Source: the human T2T-CHM13v2.0 reference genome, Homo sapiens
Reading direction: 5' to 3' (one strand)
DNA: 64,000 nt
NCBI RefSeq assembly: GCF_009914755.1
Contig: NC_060946.1
The position numbers and the translations under genes were made by a program. Below the pieces are notes generated by a model that did not search any database, was not told the DNA's origin, and saw nothing but the letters and a program-made list of their open reading frames with translations. Positions 57,401 to 64,000 of this stretch are shown here, piece by piece. Numbering within the stretch: the stretch's first letter is position 1; the number at the start of each line of letters is the position of its first letter.

Positions 57401-57559
57401 GTCAACATGATCACTTTTCTCAACAGACTCAGAATTAGCCTTCTAGAATCCACTGTTGTTTCTAATCTGTTCTCTGCAGAGTAATAATAAGACTGATTTT
57501 TAAAGAAACACACACAGTTGATTGAGTCACACTCTTGCTTAAAAAGCTTCAATGAGGAC

Positions 57560-58294
57560 TTGTGATTCCATCCATGAATAATTAGCTGTTACAGAAACTG
57601 CCCTCCCACTGATGCAATTACTTAACTGCTCATCAGAACAAAATCTAGTATTCTTGAAATACACACAACAAAATCCACCACCTAAGAACATAAAAATCAC
57701 AATACCCAGCATCCAGTAAAAAATTACCAGGTATGTAAGAAAGCAGAAAAATATAACCCATAACCAGGAGAAAAATGAATCAACAGAATCAGATCAAGAA
57801 ATTATAAAGAAGGTTGAATTTGTAGACAAGGACCATTAAAAAGCTGCTATTAAGTCTTACAAATATGTCCAAGGATATAAAGAAAAACATGAAGCTGATG
57901 AAGAAAGAGGTTAAAGATGTAAAAGGATGCTCATAGAATTTATAGAGATAAAACATATAATATCTGAAATGAAAAATACATTTAAGTGAAATTAAATGCA
58001 AATTATGTACTATAGAAGACAACTGAAGTTGAAGCTGTAGCAATAGAATCTACCCAATATAAAGCACAGAAAAACAAAACAAAACAAACAGTGCCGCAGT
58101 GAGCTGTGGAACAATAGCAAACAGTCTGACATTATGTGTTATTGGAATCCCAGAAGAAGAGAGGGGAGTACAGAAAAAATTATGAAAATATTAATGAAAA
58201 AAATGTTTCCAAACAATGGAAATTTTAAACCCAAGAAGCTCAATGAACCTGAAATAAGAAGAAAAAACACAAAGAAAACCATACTGAGGAACTT
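57560..58294 (+). mobile_element. Old L1M 5'/ORF1 region, left part (host of the insertion)
   Basis: A-rich L1M ORF1-like motifs (aaagcagaaaaatataacccataaccaggagaaaa; attggaatcccagaagaag; ccaagaagctcaatgaacc). Confidence 0.8.
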
Positions 58295-58526
58295 ATTTTT
58301 GTGTGTGTGATTTAAGTATTTTCTTGATTTTCTTTCAGGAATAAATTCATGTATTTATTTTCAATATTTTGGTAACACATAATAGATATGGACAATGTAG
58401 ACAGTAAACAACAAATCTAATTATTTACGTATTATCTTCTGAAGCGTAGAGACTTAGTGACAGGAATGTCTAATCCATTGTTGAGCTCATTGATTCCCAA
58501 GATAAAAATAAAGTAATAGAAGCATC

Positions 58527-58829
<303 letters not shown>

Positions 58830-59688
58830 TTAAGGTAGTTATTTTTCACCTATCTTGTCTGCACTATTTATCAGTGATTCTGAAACTAAGAGCCCTCAGA
58901 CCTGAATTCTTTTCGTGTTACAAAAGATCTTCTGATATCCACTTAACATATGTTAACCTTTAGCATTTGACATTTATTAGTCATGGCTTTCAAATGAAGT
59001 ACTTAATTAAAATCAAAGTGCCATTGTCTTTAGCAATCCTGAAAGAACTGGGTATGAATTAAAATTAGAAAAAAAAAATGACAGTGGTTTTAAGAGTACC
59101 ATAGTTCCTGTGTGAATATTGCAGTTGTTTGAAAAATTTTATAAAATATTCTTATTATCAAAATCGAATTTAAAGTTTAATGATGCAGTAAAGTTGAGAC
59201 ATTCACAAAGAAACTAGAATAATAACAGTAAAAATTTAGTCATAGCTAAGTGCAATCTAACCAAAATGTTCTGGTCAATTGGATTTCGTTGTGCTAAAGA
59301 CTGACAAACTACACAAGTAATTAGAAATCAAATATTAGTGAGTGTCTAGATGCTGGGGTTAGTTAGAGGCATTTTATGCTGCCAGATATTTTTTAAAATC
59401 ACTTCTTGGGTCTCCTTAAATCAGGGTAGATAAAATTATTGCAATTTTTATTTTCTTGAAAAAGTTATCACTAGACTATTTAATACATGTGATTTATACA
59501 GAATTTACTCTTTGCTCTTTTATTTTCCTTAAGAGGTAGACTTTGCTTTGGGTTCAAAATTAATAAATAAATTAGAGCAGTTAAATGGTCTAACAGTGAC
59601 AATTCACTGGGAAAATTAAATCTGGTATTATACACACTCAGGATCTGTACATTTCTGACCCAATGGAGTTAAATAAAGAGTTTTGCCT

Positions 59689-59993
59689 GGCCGGGCGCGG
59701 TGGCTCATGCCTGTAATCCCAGCACTTTTAGAGGCCAAGGCTGGCGGATCATGAGGTCAGGAGACTGAGACCATCCTGGCCAACACGGTGAAACCCCGTC
59801 TCTACTAAGAATACAAAAATTAGCTTGGCGTGGTAGCGGATGCCTGTAGTCTCAGCTACTCGGGAGGCTGAGGCAGAAGAATGGCATGAACCCGGGAGGC
59901 GGAGCTTGCAGTGAGCCAAGATCATGCTACTGCACTCCAGCCTGGGTGACAGAGGGAGACTCCATCGCTTAAAAAAAAAAAAAAAAGAGAGAG
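59689..59993 (+). mobile_element. AluY/Sc-like
   Basis: Poly(A) plus (GA)n tail, TSD AGAGTTTTGCCT at 59677-59688 and 59994-60005. Confidence 0.95.
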
Positions 59994-60379
59994 AGAGTTT
60001 TGCCTATGTTCTAAGTCTCATCCAAAGGGGAAAAAGAGAAGAAAACTGATGGCAAAAGTCTTGAGGTGCTTTTCATAATGTCCTTAAATGCATCCCACCC
60101 AATGTAATTTCATCTAAACAAAATTTTCTAAAATCAATCTACTCATCAGGAGATTGGCTTTATTAGGAAAACTCATAGTCTATTTATTTCAAATGCATTT
60201 TTGATAAAAATCATTGAAATATTTTTGGTTGGAGGTACATAATTACACTTAACTAATGTAAAAAGCATACAACTTATGTACCTAAAATAAATATTTAAAT
60301 TTTATTGTATTATTTCAGGGTAGAAATGGTAATTTTTGTATTATTAGAACTTATCCTTGAAACTGAAATTATATTGTAA

Positions 60380-62577
60380 CTTTTTTTCTTTTAAGATAAT
60401 TTTAAAAGACTTTTAGGTTCAGGGGTACATATGCAGGTTTGTTATATAGGTATACTCGTGTCACAGGGGTTTATGTACAGATTATTTTGTCACCCCAGTA
60501 CTAAGCCTAGTACCTTATGTTTATTCCTTCTGATTTTTTTTCCCTCCTCTCACTCTCCTGGCTCAAACAGGCTCCAGTGTCTGTTGTCCCCCTTTGTGTT
60601 CATGTGTTCACATCCTTTAGCTCCCACTTATAAGTCAGAACATGTAGTATTTGGTTTTCTGTTCCTGCATTAGTTTGCTAAAGATAATGGCCTCCAGCTC
60701 CATCCATGTTCCTGCAAAGGACATGATCTCATTTTATTTTATGGTTACATAGTATTCCATGGTGTATATGTACATTTTCTTTATCCAGTCTACCACTGAT
60801 GGGCATTTAGGTTGATTCCATCATATCTTTGCTATTATGAATAGTGCTGCAATGAACATATGCATGCACGTGTCTTTACGGTAGAACAATTTATATTCAT
60901 TTGGGTATATACCCAATAATGGGATTGTGGGGTCAAATAATAGTTCTGGTTTTAGCTCTTTGAGGAATCATCACACTGCTTTCCACAGTGGTTGAACTAA
61001 TTTATACACCCACCAACAGTGTATAAGTGTCCTGCACAACCTCACCAGCATCTGTTACTTTTTGACTTTTTAATAAAAGCCACTCTGACTGATGTCAGAT
61101 GGTATCTCACTGTAGTCCTGATTTGCATGTCTCTAATGATCAGTGATGTTGAGCTTTTTTTACATGTTTGTTGGCTGTATGTATGTCTTCTTTTGAAAAG
61201 TATCTGCTCATGTCCTTTGCCCACTTTTTAATGGGTTGTCTGTTTTTCTTGCACATTTAAGTTCCTTATAGATGCTGGACATTAGACCTTTGTCAGGTGC
61301 ATAGTTTGCAAATATTTTCTCCCACTCTGGAGGTTTTCTGTTTACTAGGCTGATGGTTTCTTTTGCTGTGCAGAAGCTCTTACGTTGAATTAGATCTCAT
61401 TTGTCAATTTTTGCTTTTGTTGCAACTGCTTTTGGTGTCTTCATCATGAAATTTTTGCCAGTTCCTATGTCCAGAATGGTATTGCCTCCATTGTCTTCCA
61501 GGATTTTTATAGTTTTGGGTTTTACATTTTAAGTCTTTTATCCATCTTGAGTTAGTTTTTGTATATGGTGTAAGGAAGGGGTCCAGTTTCAATCTTCTAC
61601 ATATGGTTAGCCAGTTATCCCAGCACCATTTATTGAATAGGGAGTCCTTTCCCCATTGCTTGTTTTTGTTGACTTTATCAAAGATCAGATGGTTATAGGT
61701 GCATGACTTTATTTCTTGTCTCTCTATTTGATTACATTCGTCCACATGCCTATTTTTGTACCAGTACCATGCTGTTTTGGCTACTGTAGCCTTGTAGTAT
61801 AGTTTGAAGTCAGGTAGTGTGATGCCTCCTGCTTTGTTCTTTTCGCTTAGGATTGCCTTGGCTATTCAGGCTCTTTTATGGTTCCATGTAAATTTTAAAA
61901 TAGTTTTTTCTAGTTCTGTGAAGAATGTCATTGGTGGTTTGATAAAAATAGCATTGAATCTGTAAATTGCTTTGGGCAGTATGGCCACTTCAACAATATT
62001 GATTCTTCCAATCCATGAGCATGGAATATTTTTCTATTTGTTTGTGTCATCTCTGATCTCTTTGAGCAGTGTCTTGTAGTTCTCATTGTAGAGATCTGTC
62101 ACCTCCCTGGTTAGCTGTATTCCTAGGTATTTTATTCACTTTGTGGCAATTGTGAATGGGACTGTGTTCCTGATTTGGCTCTCAGCTTGGCTGTTGTAGG
62201 TATATAAGAATGCTAGTGATTTTTGTACATTGATTTGTTTTCTATGCTGAAACTTTGCTGAAGTTGTTTATCAGCTTAAAGAGCTTTTGGGCTGAGACCA
62301 TGGGGATTTTCTAGGTATAGAATCACATCAATGGCAAACAGGGATAGCTTGACTTCCTTTCTTCCTATTTGGATGTGCTTTATTTCTTTCTCTTGCCTGA
62401 CTCTCTTGGCCAAGACTTCCAATACTATGTTAAATTGGAGTGGTGAGAGAGGACAACCTTGTCTTTTGCCGGTTTTCAAGGGGAACGTTTCCAGCTTTTG
62501 CCCATTCAGAATGATGTTGGCTGTGGATTTGTCATAGATGGCTCTTATTATTTTGAGGTATGTTCCTTCAATACCTA
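60380..62577 (-). mobile_element. L1PA13-16-like element, 5'-truncated within the RT domain
   Basis: ORF2 remnants [20 protein letters not shown] and [26 protein letters not shown], plus the L1P 3'UTR ttcaggggtacatatgcaggtttg. Frameshifted and inactive. Confidence 0.93.
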
Positions 62578-62910
62578 CATACTGAGGAACTTTTAATTGA
62601 ATTGCAGAAAACAGTGAAACAAAGAGGAATTTTTCAAAGCAGCCAGAAAAAAGCGACACCATAAGTACAGAGAAACAAAAACAAGAATGACAGCAGACTT
62701 CTCATCAGAAACTATGCAGGCCAGAAGATAATGGGATGGCGTATTTAAAGTGTTGATGCAGAAAATGCTAAAATTAGAATTCTGCACGCAACAAAAATAT
62801 ATTTGAACAATTAAGAAAAAATGAAGACTTTTACACATCTATAAAAGCCGAGATAATTCACTACCAGTAGATTTGCCCTAAAAGCAATGTTAACAGGAAT
62901 TCTTCAGGCA
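62578..62910 (+). mobile_element. Old L1M ORF1 region, right part (continues 57560-58294)
   Basis: aaagcagccagaaaaaa..aagaatgacagcagacttctcatcagaaactatgcaggccagaaga is L1 ORF1 C-terminal sequence. Confidence 0.85.
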
Positions 62911-63794
62911 GAAGTGGGGAGACCAAGGTGTAGAAAAAGGGAGACCATGGCAAAGAGACGGGGCAGCTGAGGGGCAGATGGGGGACCTGAGAAGGGAGAC
63001 TCAGAAAGAATTAATTTGCAGCACACTGACTTTGATCTGACTGATTTAGAGCCTTTTGGTGCTGAGGCACCCTTTGCTCCCTGACCAGTCTCTTTCATAT
63101 GTACCCCACTGTTTTCTTTTGCCTCTTTTCCTGTAGAGTCCTGAATGTTGTCCCAGGGCTGCTCCTTCTCCTTCTCTCTGTTCCCAAATTGCTCACCCCA
63201 ACCCTACTCTCTCTTCACCTTCTTCCCTGGCCCCTGGAATTCCCTAGAGGGCAGGACATTTCTCTCTGCCTGCCCACCTCCCCTCCCCAAGAGACCATCT
63301 TCCTCCTATTGTCTCCTGTGTCAGCATACTCACATTTAAATGCTTGCTCACCCTTTAAGATGATGTCCTTCTATGACTTTTACTGTTTGCTGTCCTCCCT
63401 TCAGTATCTGTTGAATTTTTCTCATGTGCATACATTGCTTCAATCATATTAATGATAAAATAATGATGATATTGATAAAAACCCATGATGGGTAATGAAT
63501 GAATGAGAGAACGCATAAAGACTCTCAGTCCCAGACTATCACAAATGATGCAAGCTTAGAGGATACATGAGCGGATGTGGACATGTTTCCTAGCCTCCTC
63601 TGGAGCCAAGGGCACTTGCCACACAAATAATAAGGGACTCATGTTAGTGTAAGTCAGAAAAACCCCAGGCCATATGGAGGAAACGTCAGTCATCTCTTTC
63701 ACTCCTAGACCTCAACTTGTAGTCACTTGTGATTCTGAGAAGCATGGGCCTCAGCCTTTCTTTTCCCAAATGCTCTTTGCTTGGATACTCAGGG

Positions 63795-63985
63795 CCACTG
63801 TGAAAACACATTAGGTGCAGAGTGTCAGTCTCAAATGGACCAGGGTTTACTTTCAGCTCTGCCTCTTATTTGCCTGTGTACCTCCAGGTAAGTAAACTTT
63901 ATCTTCCTGGGACTTGATTCCCTTTCCTGTGAACTGGGAATAATCCACCTCTTGAGGCATCTGGGAGGCCCAAATGAGATAATAA
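63795..63985 (+). mobile_element. MIR
   Basis: cagctctgcctcttatttgcctgtg..cctgtgaactgggaataat..aaatgagataat. Confidence 0.6.
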
Positions 63986-64000
63986 GTGGGAGTAACTGGC

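Noticed and set aside
61042-62662. Reverse-transcriptase-like ORFs as a functional gene or novel retroelement system
   Set aside because: They are fragmented, frameshifted L1 ORF2, truncated at 62577.

Overview
This is primate, very probably human, non-coding genomic DNA (intronic or intergenic). It is CpG-depleted and dense in repeats: about 20 Alus, several L1 remnants, L2 and MIR fragments, MaLR LTRs, and hAT and Tigger DNA-transposon fossils. I find no credible host protein-coding exon, RNA gene or CRISPR array. The only real protein similarity in the ORF track is decayed L1 ORF2. The best-supported unusual feature is a ~4.3 kb insertion (~58295-62577) bounded by a 15-bp target-site duplication at a canonical L1 endonuclease site. 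It contains a 5'-truncated L1PA-type element followed by ~2.1 kb of AT-rich non-L1 DNA with its own AATAAA and decayed poly(A), which is the signature of an old L1 3' transduction. The window also holds several local templated rearrangements: a mosaic triplication of an L2/MER20 junction, a micro-inversion in an MLT1 LTR, an orphan copy of the MER1A hairpin, a 48-bp tailless Alu fragment and a 126-bp tandem duplication. Other features are a CA-rich VNTR carrying ten MRE cores and seven E-boxes, a consensus CTCF motif, candidate enhancer motif clusters and a few candidate + strand non-coding exons. Repeat subfamily names come from my recollection of consensus sequences, and boundaries are approximate unless a TSD is quoted. 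I could not identify the locus, and I see no evidence of a new protein-based system.
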